In this document: one piece after another, positions 12,836-26,490 of the stretch
How positions within the stretch are numbered: position 1 is the first letter of the stretch
Layout of the letters: every line of letters begins with the position of its first letter
Assembly (NCBI RefSeq): GCF_000026545.1
Contig: NC_011601.1
Reading direction: 5' to 3' (one strand)
DNA length: 64,000 nucleotides
Origin: Escherichia coli O127:H6 str. E2348/69
GTDB lineage: Bacteria; Pseudomonadota; Gammaproteobacteria; Enterobacterales; Enterobacteriaceae
Program-made: the position numbers and the translations under genes
Notes under the pieces: generated by a model
The model's input: only the letters and a program-made list of their open reading frames with translations
Told to the model about the DNA's origin: nothing
Database searches by the model: none

Positions 12836-15163
12836 AGTGGCTTTTGCCACCCACGCTTTCAGTACTTCTACGTCGTGACGCCACTCTTCTTTCATCTCTT
12901 CAATCCATTCACCGACGTTATCTTCCCAGGCGGGAAGGTCAGGAGACTGAATTTGCTGACCCAGCTGTTGCAGATGGCGTAACCCCACTGACCCCGCCGC
13001 ACCTTTAATTTTATGCCCTTCCTCAACAATGCCTTTTTTATCCTGCGCCGTCAGATTCGACTCCAGCACGCTGACATAGCCCGGCATCATCCTCTCAAAC
13101 ACCGCTAACCCGTCGGTGATCAGCTTCGGTCCTACAAGTTCGAGATACTGTTCCAGCATGGGAATATCGAGCAATGCTTCTGATTTACTATTCTCTTCTG
13201 TCGTCACCGTACTCTCCTCATCATCCTGGGTATCCCAGAATTTCTTGATCATCGCGGTTAGCGCCGGAACAGAAAGCGGCTTACTCAGCACATCATCCAT
13301 TCCAGCATTGAGGTACTCTTGTTTGTCTTTCAGCACGTTAGCGGTTAAGGCCACCAGCGGCGGTAAATCCTCGCGCGGATAACGCTTCGTCAGTTCACGA
13401 GAGATATCCAGCCCGGTCATATCTGGCAACTGAATATCCAGCAACACCAGGTCGTATTCGCCCGGTTTAAACATCTCCAGCGCCGCCTTGCCGGTCATGG
13501 CGACATCAACGCTGTTACCTAATTTTTCCAGCACAGAGCGCGCGACAATCACGTTCAGTTCAATGTCTTCCACCAGCAGCACATTCAGCGCCGGTAAAGG
13601 CATATCGTCTTCATCAAACGCATCATCAACCTCTTCTGCTACCGACGGTGCGTGGATCGTCAACGTAAAGGTTGAACCTTTGCCCTGTTCGCTGGTAACC
13701 GTAATATCGCCGCCCATATTTTTCGCCAGACGACGAGAAACGGCCAGACCAATACCGGTGCCGGTGGCAGGTTTACCGCCATGACTGTCTTTCACCTGGT
13801 AATACATGGCGAAGATTTTATCCAGCTCATCCTGCGGAATGCCGATACCAGAGTCTTCCACTTCAAAATGCAGCATATCGCCTTCATCGTAGCGCACGCG
13901 CACGGTAACCTGGCCTTGCTGAGTGAATTTGACGGCGTTACTGATGAGGTTCCACAAGATCTGCCGTAAACGCGTCCCGTCGGTAATGACCTGATGCGGT
14001 AATGGCAGCGTCGGCTCCAGATTAAAGCGCAATCCTTTTTGTTGCGCCTGCAATGCGGAGAGATTTTCCAGATCGGCAAGGAAGCTGGTGAAATCAACCG
14101 GCTGATTATCAAGCTGGACCTTGCGCCGTTCCATCTTATCCATGTCGATAATATCGTTGAAGATATTCCCCAGCGTGACAGCCGAAACATGGATGGTTTT
14201 GAGATATTTTTCCTGCTCGGCGGTGAGTTCAGTATCCAGCAGAATGCGGCTCAGGCCGACGATACCGTTCAGCGGTGTACGCAATTCGTGACTGATGGTG
14301 GAGATAAACGTCGTTTTGTCGCGGCTGGCGCGCTCAAGCGCATCCTGATACCGCTTACGCTCGGTAATGTCGCGACCAAAGCCCATCAAACCGTGACGTT
14401 TACCCACGCGGTCGTAGTACGGTACTTTACGGATTTCAAAGCAGGCTTTGCGTCCGTCGGGATAATCCAGCCACTGCTCATAGGTCAGTGACACATTATG
14501 ACGGAACACTTTTTCATCGGTTTCAATGACTTTCGCAGCGGCTTCCGGTGAGTAAACATCAGCAGGTTTCAGGTGAACCAGTTGTTTTTCGCTTTTTCCG
14601 GTCAGCAGCTCCATCGCGCGGTTACAGCCGGAAAACTCTTTATCTTCGTTACGATAAAAAACCAGGTCGGGTGAAGCGTCAAGGAAGGAACGTAAGAATG
14701 AGGATTGCTGCTCGAGCTGAATTTGTGTCTCTTCGCGCTCTTTGATTTCAATTTTCAGTTGGCCGAAGGTTTCCTGCAGTTCTGCTTCCGCTTTTTCACG
14801 AACGGCGATTTCCTGATTTAGCTGGGCAATATTATCTTTTAACTGAACGTTGAGGCTCAAATCGCGCTCGCGCATCTCCTCCAGTTTTTGCACCAGTCGT
14901 GACAGACGTTGTCGTGACTCCTCCAGTTGCTCGACGACCACCGATAGAAAGTAGACCGCCCACGGTGTAATCAGCAAACCAAAGAAGATAGAACGAATAA
15001 CATCAATGCTTTCGACCTGACCATGCAGCACCATGGTTACCGCCATTTGTACCACAATGGCAAGAACGACGAGGGCCAGCGCCAGCAACATTGAGAAGCG
15101 CACCAGACCTAACTTCATCATCAGGTCAACATAATACTGCGCCAGCAGACGAATTTGCTTCAT
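12827..15163 (-). CDS. arcB: ArcB, aerobic respiration control hybrid sensor kinase
   Basis: 778 aa; TM N-terminus, PAS, HisKA (HELRTPLNG), receiver and HPt domains. Confidence 0.97.
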   Translation of the reverse strand: MKQIRLLAQYYVDLMMKLGLVRFSMLLALALVVLAIVVQMAVTMVLHGQVESIDVIRSIFFGLLITPWAVYFLSVVVEQLEESRQRLSRLVQKLEEMRERDLSLNVQLKDNIAQLNQEIAVREKAEAELQETFGQLKIEIKEREETQIQLEQQSSFLRSFLDASPDLVFYRNEDKEFSGCNRAMELLTGKSEKQLVHLKPADVYSPEAAAKVIETDEKVFRHNVSLTYEQWLDYPDGRKACFEIRKVPYYDRVGKRHGLMGFGRDITERKRYQDALERASRDKTTFISTISHELRTPLNGIVGLSRILLDTELTAEQEKYLKTIHVSAVTLGNIFNDIIDMDKMERRKVQLDNQPVDFTSFLADLENLSALQAQQKGLRFNLEPTLPLPHQVITDGTRLRQILWNLISNAVKFTQQGQVTVRVRYDEGDMLHFEVEDSGIGIPQDELDKIFAMYYQVKDSHGGKPATGTGIGLAVSRRLAKNMGGDITVTSEQGKGSTFTLTIHAPSVAEEVDDAFDEDDMPLPALNVLLVEDIELNVIVARSVLEKLGNSVDVAMTGKAALEMFKPGEYDLVLLDIQLPDMTGLDISRELTKRYPREDLPPLVALTANVLKDKQEYLNAGMDDVLSKPLSVPALTAMIKKFWDTQDDEESTVTTEENSKSEALLDIPMLEQYLELVGPKLITDGLAVFERMMPGYVSVLESNLTAQDKKGIVEEGHKIKGAAGSVGLRHLQQLGQQIQSPDLPAWEDNVGEWIEEMKEEWRHDVEVLKAWVAKATKK

Positions 15164-15258
15164 TAGGGAATTCCTTCACGACAACCTGCCCCAATAATAC
15201 CCAATTCTGACAGTTACGTTATAAATTGTGTGAGAAATGCGGAATTCCCCTCAATGGA

Positions 15259-16188
15259 CTACGCCGTTGGAGGTAGCCACGGACGTCCCAGCGCCGATCC
15301 CTGTACGCCATGTTCATTCAGATAACGATCCAGCTCGACCATTCCCGTCCATCGATTTTCGCACCACAGCGGAGCAAGCAGCGTCGGGCGACGGGCGCTG
15401 GCGGAAATGCGATGGTAGATCACTTCCGGTGGCGTATGGCGAATCATTTCTCCGGCAGTGAGCGTGTAATCCTCCAGTTCAATCCCGTTCAAACGCCCCG
15501 CTTCCCAGGCTTTCGCCATAATGCTGCCTTTCACTATATGCAGCGGATGCAGCTTTATGCCGTCCACGCCGGTTTCAACCACTCGCTCCAGCGTTTGCAA
15601 ACATTCAGCCTGCCCTTCGCCAGGCAGGCCGACAATTAAGTGAGAACACACCTTCAGCCCACGCTCACGCGCCAGCTGCGTCGTGCGCTGATAGCAGGCA
15701 AAATCATGACCGCGATTGATGCGATGCAGTGTTTTGTCGTGGGCGGTTTGTAGCCCCAGCTCCAGCCACACTTCGTAGCCCTGGTCCTTATATTCGCAAA
15801 GCAGATCCAGCACCGCATCCGGCACGCAGTCCGGGCGGGTACCAACACACAAACCGACAATATTGGCCTGGCTCACCGCCTGCTGATACATCGAACGCAG
15901 CACCTGAACTTCCGCAAAGGTGCTGGTATACGCCTGAAAGTAGGCCAGATAGCGTTTAGCGCGGTTAACTAAATTCGCCTGGTGCGCCAGTTGCTCGGCA
16001 ATGGAACGATGCTGCTGCGCTTCATCCGCAAACGAGGCCACATTACAGAATGTGCAGCCGCCACGCCCGATGGTACCGTCACGGTTAGGGCAGCTAAAAC
16101 CGCCGTGCAGCGTCAGCTTATGCACCTTTTGCCCATAACGACGGGTGAGATCACCACCAAACATATTGACTAATTTCTGTAACTGCAT
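15259..16188 (-). CDS. yhcC: YhcC, radical SAM family protein
   Basis: ORF 15259..16221; start moved to ATG at 16186-16188 (MQLQKLVNMFGG), 309 aa; Cys motif CPNRDGTIGRGGCTFC. Confidence 0.9.
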   Translation of the reverse strand: MQLQKLVNMFGGDLTRRYGQKVHKLTLHGGFSCPNRDGTIGRGGCTFCNVASFADEAQQHRSIAEQLAHQANLVNRAKRYLAYFQAYTSTFAEVQVLRSMYQQAVSQANIVGLCVGTRPDCVPDAVLDLLCEYKDQGYEVWLELGLQTAHDKTLHRINRGHDFACYQRTTQLARERGLKVCSHLIVGLPGEGQAECLQTLERVVETGVDGIKLHPLHIVKGSIMAKAWEAGRLNGIELEDYTLTAGEMIRHTPPEVIYHRISASARRPTLLAPLWCENRWTGMVELDRYLNEHGVQGSALGRPWLPPTA

Positions 16189-16862
16189 AATCTGATAGAC
16201 CGCGCCTTGAAAAGAGGCCAAAGCCTGCCATTTTTAGCCCAATTCGGCGATGACCTGGATCAATCGTCCCGGCCTGCTTTTATCAAATGCATAATAAATC
16301 AAAATTACCGAAATTTCATGCACAATCACATAAATCACTTTTGCTTATCTTGTGTCAGATTTTTTTATCTCCTTATGGATTTTAGGCAAAAACAGTAGCA
16401 TGAAACGTTATTACCAATTAAGGCAGTATAAAATGCTGGTTTTCTCGTCAGTTCAAGGCAGGATAAGGGTTAACACGCCTTTATGACAGTCAGGAACTGG
16501 CTGTTTCTCTAACGACGCCCCTTTTAGCCTTAAATAGAAAATCTACTTTAATTTCAGCCAATTAATAAAGAATTTTGCGCTAAAGCACATTTCTGTACCA
16601 ATAAGCTTGCCATTTGACCTGTATCAGCTTTCCCGATAAGTTGGAAATCCGCTGGAAGCTTTCTGGATGAGCAGCCTGCTCATCATATTTATGCAGTAAT
16701 TGAGATCCCCTCTTCACCGTATTAACCGATGCGAAAAGGACAACAAGGGGGCGAATGCGAGGCGCGCGTATGACACGCAAACCCCGTCGCCACGCTCTTA
16801 CTGTGCCCGTGCGCAGCGGTTCGGAAGTGGGGTTCCCGCAGAGCCTGGGGGAGGTTCACGAT

Positions 16863-19800
16863 ATGTTGTACGATAAATCCCTTGAGAGGGATAACTGTGG
16901 TTTCGGCCTGATCGCCCACATAGAAGGCGAACCTAGCCACAAGGTAGTGCGTACTGCAATACACGCACTGGCCCGCATGCAGCACCGTGGCGCGATTCTC
17001 GCCGATGGTAAAACCGGTGACGGTTGCGGCTTGCTGTTACAAAAACCGGATCGTTTTTTTCGCATCGTTGCGCAGGAGCGCGGCTGGCGTTTAGCAAAAA
17101 ACTACGCCGTCGGGATGCTCTTCCTGAATAAAGATCCTGAACTCGCCGCTGCCGCACGCCGCATCGTTGAAGAAGAGCTGCAACGCGAAACGTTGTCGAT
17201 TGTGGGCTGGCGTGATGTCCCCACTAACGAAGGCGTGCTGGGTGAAATCGCCCTCTCCTCTCTGCCACGCATTGAGCAAATTTTTGTGAACGCCCCGGCA
17301 GGCTGGCGTCCGCGCGATATGGAGCGCCGTCTGTTTATCGCCCGCCGCCGCATTGAAAAGCGTCTCGAAGCCGACAAAGACTTCTACGTCTGTAGCCTGT
17401 CGAATCTGGTCAATATTTATAAAGGTCTGTGTATGCCGGCGGATCTGCCGCGCTTCTACCTGGACCTCGCTGACCTGCGTCTGGAATCGGCCATCTGCCT
17501 GTTTCACCAGCGCTTTTCCACTAACACCGTACCGCGCTGGCCGCTAGCGCAGCCGTTCCGCTACCTCGCGCATAACGGTGAAATCAACACCATCACCGGT
17601 AACCGCCAATGGGCGCGTGCGCGTACCTATAAATTCCAGACACCGCTGATCCCTGACCTGCACGACGCCGCGCCGTTCGTCAACGAAACCGGCTCTGACT
17701 CCAGTTCGATGGATAACATGCTGGAACTCCTGCTGGCAGGCGGGATGGATATCATCCGTGCCATGCGTCTGTTAGTGCCACCCGCCTGGCAGAACAACCC
17801 GGATATGGACCCGGAACTGCGTGCCTTCTTTGACTTTAACTCCATGCATATGGAGCCGTGGGATGGTCCGGCAGGGATCGTGATGTCCGATGGCCGTTTC
17901 GCCGCCTGTAACCTCGACCGTAACGGTCTGCGTCCGGCGCGCTACGTCATCACCAAAGATAAGCTCATTACCTGCGCCTCTGAAGTCGGTATCTGGGATT
18001 ATCAGCCTGACGAAGTGGTCGAAAAAGGCCGCGTGGGGCCAGGCGAACTGATGGTTATCGACACCCGCAGTGGGCGTATTCTGCACTCGGCAGAAACCGA
18101 TGACGATCTGAAAAGCCGCCACCCTTATAAAGAGTGGATGGAGAAAAACGTCCGCCGTCTGGTACCGTTTGAAGATCTGCCCGATGAAGAAGTGGGTAGC
18201 CGCGAACTGGACGACGACACGCTTGCCAGCTACCAGAAACAATTTAACTACAGCGCGGAAGAGCTGGATTCGGTGATCCGCGTACTGGGTGAAAACGGTC
18301 AGGAAGCGGTCGGTTCGATGGGCGACGACACCCCATTCGCCGTGCTCTCCAGCCAGCCGCGCATTATTTACGACTACTTCCGCCAGCAGTTTGCTCAGGT
18401 AACCAACCCGCCAATCGACCCGCTGCGCGAAGCGCATGTTATGTCGCTCGCCACCAGCATTGGCCGCGAAATGAACGTCTTCTGCGAAGCTGAAGGCCAG
18501 GCGCACCGTTTAAGCTTTAAATCGCCGATTCTGCTCTATTCCGATTTCAAACAGCTCACGACGATGAAAGAGGATCACTACCGCGCAGATACGCTGGATA
18601 TCACCTTTGACGTCACTAAAACCACGCTCGAAGCGACGGTCAAAGAGCTGTGCGACAAAGCCGAAAAAATGGTACGTAGCGGCACCGTGCTGCTGGTGCT
18701 CTCCGACCGGAATATCGCGAAAGATCGCCTGCCGGTTCCGGCTCCGATGGCGGTTGGCGCGATCCAGACCCGTCTGGTCGATCAAAGCCTGCGTTGCGAT
18801 GCCAACATCATCGTCGAAACCGCCAGCGCCCGTGATCCGCACCACTTCGCCGTGTTGCTGGGTTTCGGCGCGACGGCTATTTATCCGTACCTTGCCTATG
18901 AAACGCTGGGCCGTCTGGTAGACACCCACGCGATTGCCAAAGATTATCGTACCGTGATGCTCAACTATCGTAACGGCATCAACAAAGGCTTGTACAAAAT
19001 CATGTCCAAAATGGGCATCTCCACCATCGCCTCTTACCGCTGCTCGAAACTGTTTGAAGCGGTCGGTCTGCACGATGATGTCGTGGGCCTGTGCTTCCAG
19101 GGGGCGGTTAGCCGCATTGGGGGGGCTAGCTTTGAAGACTTCCAGCAGGATCTGCTGAATCTGTCGAAACGAGCCTGGCTGGCGCGTAAGCCCATCAGCC
19201 AGGGCGGCCAGCTGAAATACGTGCACGGCGGCGAATACCACGCCTACAACCCGGACGTGGTGCGCACGCTGCAACAGGCGGTACAGAGCGGCGAGTATAG
19301 CGACTATCAGGAATACGCGAAGCTGGTTAATGAGCGTCCGGCAACCACGCTACGCGATCTGCTGGCAATTACGCCGGGTGAAAACGCGGTCAACATTGCT
19401 GATGTTGAACCGGCAAGCGAACTGTTTAAACGCTTCGATACCGCCGCGATGTCTATCGGCGCGTTAAGCCCGGAAGCCCACGAGGCGCTGGCGGAAGCGA
19501 TGAACAGCATCGGCGGTAACTCAAACTCCGGCGAAGGCGGTGAAGACCCGGCGCGCTATGGCACTAACAAAGTGTCGCGCATCAAGCAGGTGGCGTCCGG
19601 TCGCTTTGGGGTTACTCCGGCGTATCTGGTCAATGCCGACGTCATTCAGATAAAAGTCGCCCAGGGCGCGAAGCCGGGTGAAGGTGGTCAGTTACCGGGT
19701 GATAAAGTCACTCCTTACATTGCCAAACTGCGCTATTCGGTGCCGGGCGTGACGCTGATCTCCCCGCCGCCGCACCACGATATCTACTCTATTGAGGATT

Positions 19801-21323
19801 TAGCGCAGCTGATTTTCGACCTCAAGCAGGTCAATCCAAAAGCGATGATCTCCGTGAAGCTGGTTTCCGAACCGGGCGTAGGCACCATCGCGACTGGCGT
19901 GGCAAAAGCTTATGCCGATTTAATCACCATCGCAGGCTATGACGGCGGCACCGGCGCAAGTCCGCTTTCATCGGTGAAATACGCAGGCTGTCCGTGGGAG
20001 CTGGGGCTTGTTGAAACCCAACAGGCGCTGGTTGCCAACGGCTTGCGTCACAAGATCCGTTTGCAGGTCGATGGCGGCCTGAAAACGGGTGTCGATATCA
20101 TCAAAGCAGCGATTCTTGGCGCGGAAAGTTTTGGCTTCGGCACTGGCCCGATGGTAGCGCTTGGCTGTAAATATCTGCGAATTTGCCACCTGAACAACTG
20201 CGCCACGGGTGTAGCAACTCAGGATGACAAACTGCGTAAGAATCACTATCACGGCCTGCCGTTCAAAGTGACTAATTACTTTGAGTTTATCGCCCGTGAA
20301 ACCCGCGAGCTGATGGCACAGCTGGGGGTAACGCGTCTGGTGGATCTGATTGGTCGCACCGACCTGCTGAAAGAGCTGGACGGTTTCACCGCCAAACAGC
20401 AGAAACTGGCACTGTCGAAGCTGCTGGAGACTGCCGAGCCGCATCCTGGTAAAGCGCTCTACTGCACCGAAAACAACCCGCCGTTTGATAACGGCCTGCT
20501 GAACGCGCAGTTGCTGCAACAGGCAAAACCGTTTGTCGATGAACGCCAGAGCAAAACCTTCTGGTTCGATATCCGCAACACCGACCGTTCTGTCGGCGCG
20601 TCGCTTTCAGGCTATATCGCCCAGACGCACGGCGATCAGGGGCTGGCAGCCGATCCTATCAAAGCGTACTTCAACGGCACCGCAGGCCAGAGCTTCGGCG
20701 TGTGGAACGCGGGCGGCGTGGAACTGTACCTGACCGGTGATGCCAACGACTATGTCGGTAAAGGCATGGCGGGCGGCTTAATCGCCATTCGTCCTCCGGT
20801 TGGTTCCGCCTTCCGCAGCCATGAAGCGAGCATTATCGGCAACACCTGCCTGTATGGCGCGACCGGTGGTCGTCTGTATGCCGCAGGCCGCACGGGTGAA
20901 CGTTTCGGCGTGCGTAACTCCGGTGCTATCACCGTGGTAGAAGGCATTGGCGACAACGGCTGTGAATATATGACGGGTGGTATCGTCTGTATTCTGGGTA
21001 AAACCGGCGTTAACTTCGGCGCGGGCATGACTGGCGGCTTCGCTTACGTTCTCGATGAAAGCGGCGATTTCCGCAAACGCGTTAATCCGGAGCTGGTCGA
21101 GGTCTTAAGCGTTGACGATCTGGCGATCCATGAAGAGCATCTGCGTGGTCTTATCACCGAGCATGTTCAGCATACCGGTTCCCAGCGTGGTGAAGAGATT
21201 CTGGCGAACTGGTCAACCTTCGCCACTAAATTTGCGCTGGTTAAACCGAAGTCCAGTGATGTAAAAGCACTGCTGGGCCACCGTAGTCGTAGCGCAGCAG
21301 AGTTGCGCGTGCAGGCGCAGTAA
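16863..21323 (+). CDS. gltB: GltB, glutamate synthase (NADPH) large subunit
   Basis: ORF 16755..21323; start at ATG 16863 (MLYDKSLERDNCGFGLIAHIEG, amidotransferase Cys after propeptide), 1486 aa; upstream in-frame ATGs at 16755/16770 are alternative starts. Confidence 0.95.
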   Translation: MLYDKSLERDNCGFGLIAHIEGEPSHKVVRTAIHALARMQHRGAILADGKTGDGCGLLLQKPDRFFRIVAQERGWRLAKNYAVGMLFLNKDPELAAAARRIVEEELQRETLSIVGWRDVPTNEGVLGEIALSSLPRIEQIFVNAPAGWRPRDMERRLFIARRRIEKRLEADKDFYVCSLSNLVNIYKGLCMPADLPRFYLDLADLRLESAICLFHQRFSTNTVPRWPLAQPFRYLAHNGEINTITGNRQWARARTYKFQTPLIPDLHDAAPFVNETGSDSSSMDNMLELLLAGGMDIIRAMRLLVPPAWQNNPDMDPELRAFFDFNSMHMEPWDGPAGIVMSDGRFAACNLDRNGLRPARYVITKDKLITCASEVGIWDYQPDEVVEKGRVGPGELMVIDTRSGRILHSAETDDDLKSRHPYKEWMEKNVRRLVPFEDLPDEEVGSRELDDDTLASYQKQFNYSAEELDSVIRVLGENGQEAVGSMGDDTPFAVLSSQPRIIYDYFRQQFAQVTNPPIDPLREAHVMSLATSIGREMNVFCEAEGQAHRLSFKSPILLYSDFKQLTTMKEDHYRADTLDITFDVTKTTLEATVKELCDKAEKMVRSGTVLLVLSDRNIAKDRLPVPAPMAVGAIQTRLVDQSLRCDANIIVETASARDPHHFAVLLGFGATAIYPYLAYETLGRLVDTHAIAKDYRTVMLNYRNGINKGLYKIMSKMGISTIASYRCSKLFEAVGLHDDVVGLCFQGAVSRIGGASFEDFQQDLLNLSKRAWLARKPISQGGQLKYVHGGEYHAYNPDVVRTLQQAVQSGEYSDYQEYAKLVNERPATTLRDLLAITPGENAVNIADVEPASELFKRFDTAAMSIGALSPEAHEALAEAMNSIGGNSNSGEGGEDPARYGTNKVSRIKQVASGRFGVTPAYLVNADVIQIKVAQGAKPGEGGQLPGDKVTPYIAKLRYSVPGVTLISPPPHHDIYSIEDLAQLIFDLKQVNPKAMISVKLVSEPGVGTIATGVAKAYADLITIAGYDGGTGASPLSSVKYAGCPWELGLVETQQALVANGLRHKIRLQVDGGLKTGVDIIKAAILGAESFGFGTGPMVALGCKYLRICHLNNCATGVATQDDKLRKNHYHGLPFKVTNYFEFIARETRELMAQLGVTRLVDLIGRTDLLKELDGFTAKQQKLALSKLLETAEPHPGKALYCTENNPPFDNGLLNAQLLQQAKPFVDERQSKTFWFDIRNTDRSVGASLSGYIAQTHGDQGLAADPIKAYFNGTAGQSFGVWNAGGVELYLTGDANDYVGKGMAGGLIAIRPPVGSAFRSHEASIIGNTCLYGATGGRLYAAGRTGERFGVRNSGAITVVEGIGDNGCEYMTGGIVCILGKTGVNFGAGMTGGFAYVLDESGDFRKRVNPELVEVLSVDDLAIHEEHLRGLITEHVQHTGSQRGEEILANWSTFATKFALVKPKSSDVKALLGHRSRSAAELRVQAQ

Positions 21324-22754
<1,431 letters not shown>

Positions 22755-22767
22755 GCGAGGTAACAAT

Positions 22768-22796
22768 AAATTCGCCAGACAGTGTCTGGCGAATTT
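22768..22796. terminator. Bidirectional hairpin shared by convergent gltD and yhcH
   Basis: Inverted repeat AAATTCGCCAGAC-AGT-GTCTGGCGAATTT directly after gltD stop and before yhcH stop. Confidence 0.7.
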
Positions 22797-22821
22797 ATAA
22801 AACGAGCGATCCAACTAAATT

Positions 22822-24154
<1,333 letters not shown>

Positions 24155-24158
<4 letters not shown>

Positions 24159-24844
24159 AGCACCGCCTTTTTCATCACTGTGTTGTACCACTGACAAATG
24201 TGTTCAAGACGCGTAATGGCAGAACCGACCGTCACCGCCCACGCGCCGTGGCGCATCGCATCCGCCGCCTGAGCAGGCGTGTTGTAACGCCCTTCGGCAA
24301 TCACCCGGCATCCGGCGTCACTCAACGTTTTCACCAACGCCAGATCCGGCTCTTCTGGCGTTTCAGGCGTGGTATAGCCAGAAAGCGTAGTGCCAATAAT
24401 TTCGGCTCCCAGCTTTTGGCATGCCAGGCCGTCTTCCGGCGTTGAGCAGTCGGTCATCGCCAGTAAACCGTGATGGTGAATACGTGCCAGCAGCGTTTCA
24501 ACTGGCACCGGACGCGGTCGGTCGGTGCCGTCAATCGCGATAATGTCCGCGCCCGCCTGCGCCAGCGCATCAACATCTTCAATATAGGCCGTGATGCGTA
24601 CCGGAGAATCCTCCAGATCGCGCTTCACAATCCCGATAATCGGCACGCTCACCACCGCACGCGTGGCTTGCAGATTTGCCACACCTTCAATACGAATGGC
24701 GACCGCGCCCGCCTGCTCTGCCGCTAATGCCATGGCAGCGACGATTTCGGGTTTATCGAGCGGGCTGTCCGGAACCGGTTGGCAGGAGACAATCAGGCCA
24801 CCGTTAGCAGCGATTTTTTGATCCAGTTGTGCAAGTAACGACAT
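24155..24844 (-). CDS. nanE: NanE, N-acetylmannosamine-6-phosphate 2-epimerase
   Basis: ORF 24155..24886; start at ATG 24842-24844 ([23 protein letters not shown]), 229 aa. Confidence 0.93.
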
Positions 24845-24891
24845 ACATCTTCCCTTAGCGAAAGGCCCGGTACAGAGACCGGGCAACAGGA

Positions 24892-26382
24892 TTAACTTTT
24901 GGTTTTGACTAAATCGTTTTTGGCGCTGCCAAACGGCACGGCACCGCTAAATGGTTTGCCGTCGATAGCGTCATGAGTACGCAATGCTTCCGGGCGCAGC
25001 CAACGCTGAACACGAGAAGGCATATCCAGACCAATCAGCAGGATCACCACAAATGTCAGACTGAACGAGAGCGATGCCAGCGCAGTACCCAGATCCAGAC
25101 GTTGAGCGATCAACGCGCCGATGATTGGGGCCAGTGCACCGCCCAATGCGCCAACGTTGTAGGTAAAGCCCAGGCCCGCTGCACGCTGGTCGGTATCGAA
25201 ATAACCGCCAATCAGTTTCGGTAAGATCCCAGCGATCCCTTGTCCAAGCATTTGCTGGAAGAACAGTAACAGACCGAGCACCCAGACGTTTGCGCCGCCA
25301 ATCGCAAATACCGGAATAATCAGCAGCTGCGAGGCCAGCAGACTACAAACGTACGCTTTGCGGGTTCCCAGCCAGTCACCGAGGAAGCCACCGACGCAGC
25401 ACCCCACCGCCGCGCCAAAGCCACTAAAGAACAGCACATTGGCGACAGTATGCGGGTCATAAGCCAGATCGGTTTTCAGATACGTTGGCAGCAGCGCCTG
25501 AATCGGCCATGAGTAGAGGAAAGCAAACAACACGACCACCATCAGCATTACGCCCGTTGGCCAGCGTTTGCCCGTACTCTGCACCATAAAGCTGATAAAG
25601 ATTGCGGCGCATAACAGCCCAAGAACAGCGACGATCGCGGCATTTTGCAGGTTACCGGCGAAGCAGAACCACAGCGCAGTAGCCGCCGCCAGTGTCATTA
25701 CGATATTGGCAATGCGATGTTCACCACGGTAGAGAATATCCACCATTGTGCGTACCGGTGCTTTACCCCCGTGTTTCTCTTTCCAGTCTTCCGCTTCCGG
25801 GATGTTTTTACGCAGCCAGAGAGCAAAGATGATTGGCAAAATGCCGATAAAGAACAGCGCACGCCAGCCCCAGACCGGAACCACCAGACTATAGACCTGA
25901 GCGGCAACGACGGCCCCCACTGAGAAGCCTGAAATCAGAAAACCACTGGCTTTGTTACGCAGATGCTTTGGCCAGCTTTCAATGACATAGGTGGCGCTGG
26001 AACCGTATTCACCCGCCATCCCCATGCCAATGACCAGACGAGCGATAAACATGGTGATGTAGCCTGGCGCAAAGCCGCAGGCCAGCGTCCCGGCCGAGAA
26101 GAGAACGATGCTGGTGACCATTGCCAGACGACGCCCGTAGCGGTCACCCATAGCGCCGAGCATCAGGCCGCCGAACCAGCGAGAGATAAAGGCTGCGGAG
26201 ATCAGACTTGCCGCCTGCACCGTCGTCAGCCCGAATTCACCCTGTACTTCGGTGAGTACCAGGGCGATTAAAACGAAATCAAAACCGTCAAGCAGATATC
26301 CCAACCAGGCAGCGGAAAATGCCCGCCATTGTGCGCGGTTAAGATGGCGATACCACGGGATATTCTGGGTTGTAGTACTCAT
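24892..26382 (-). CDS. nanT: NanT, sialic acid MFS transporter
   Basis: ORF 24892..26412; start at ATG 26380-26382 ([15 protein letters not shown]), 496 aa, multi-TM. Confidence 0.93.
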
Positions 26383-26490
26383 TGTGAGTCTCCCGCGGTG
26401 GGCGATGCCCACACGCTTTGGTATGAAAATTGTAGGGTACAGATGCGTTTATTTCCCCTCACCCGGTAGGGGCGAGCGAGGAGAAACAAC

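Noticed and set aside
16755-16862. Longer gltB N-terminus starting at ATG 16755 or 16770 (MRGARMTRKPRR...)
   Set aside because: The mature large subunit begins at the amidotransferase Cys that follows MLYDKSLERDN; the extra 36 codons lie in the known long untranslated leader, so the 16863 start was used and the longer form kept only as an alternative.
17772-19274. Two long minus-strand ORFs (244 and 254 aa) inside gltB
   Set aside because: Entirely antisense to a high-confidence, high-GC coding region and without recognisable motifs; typical shadow ORFs.
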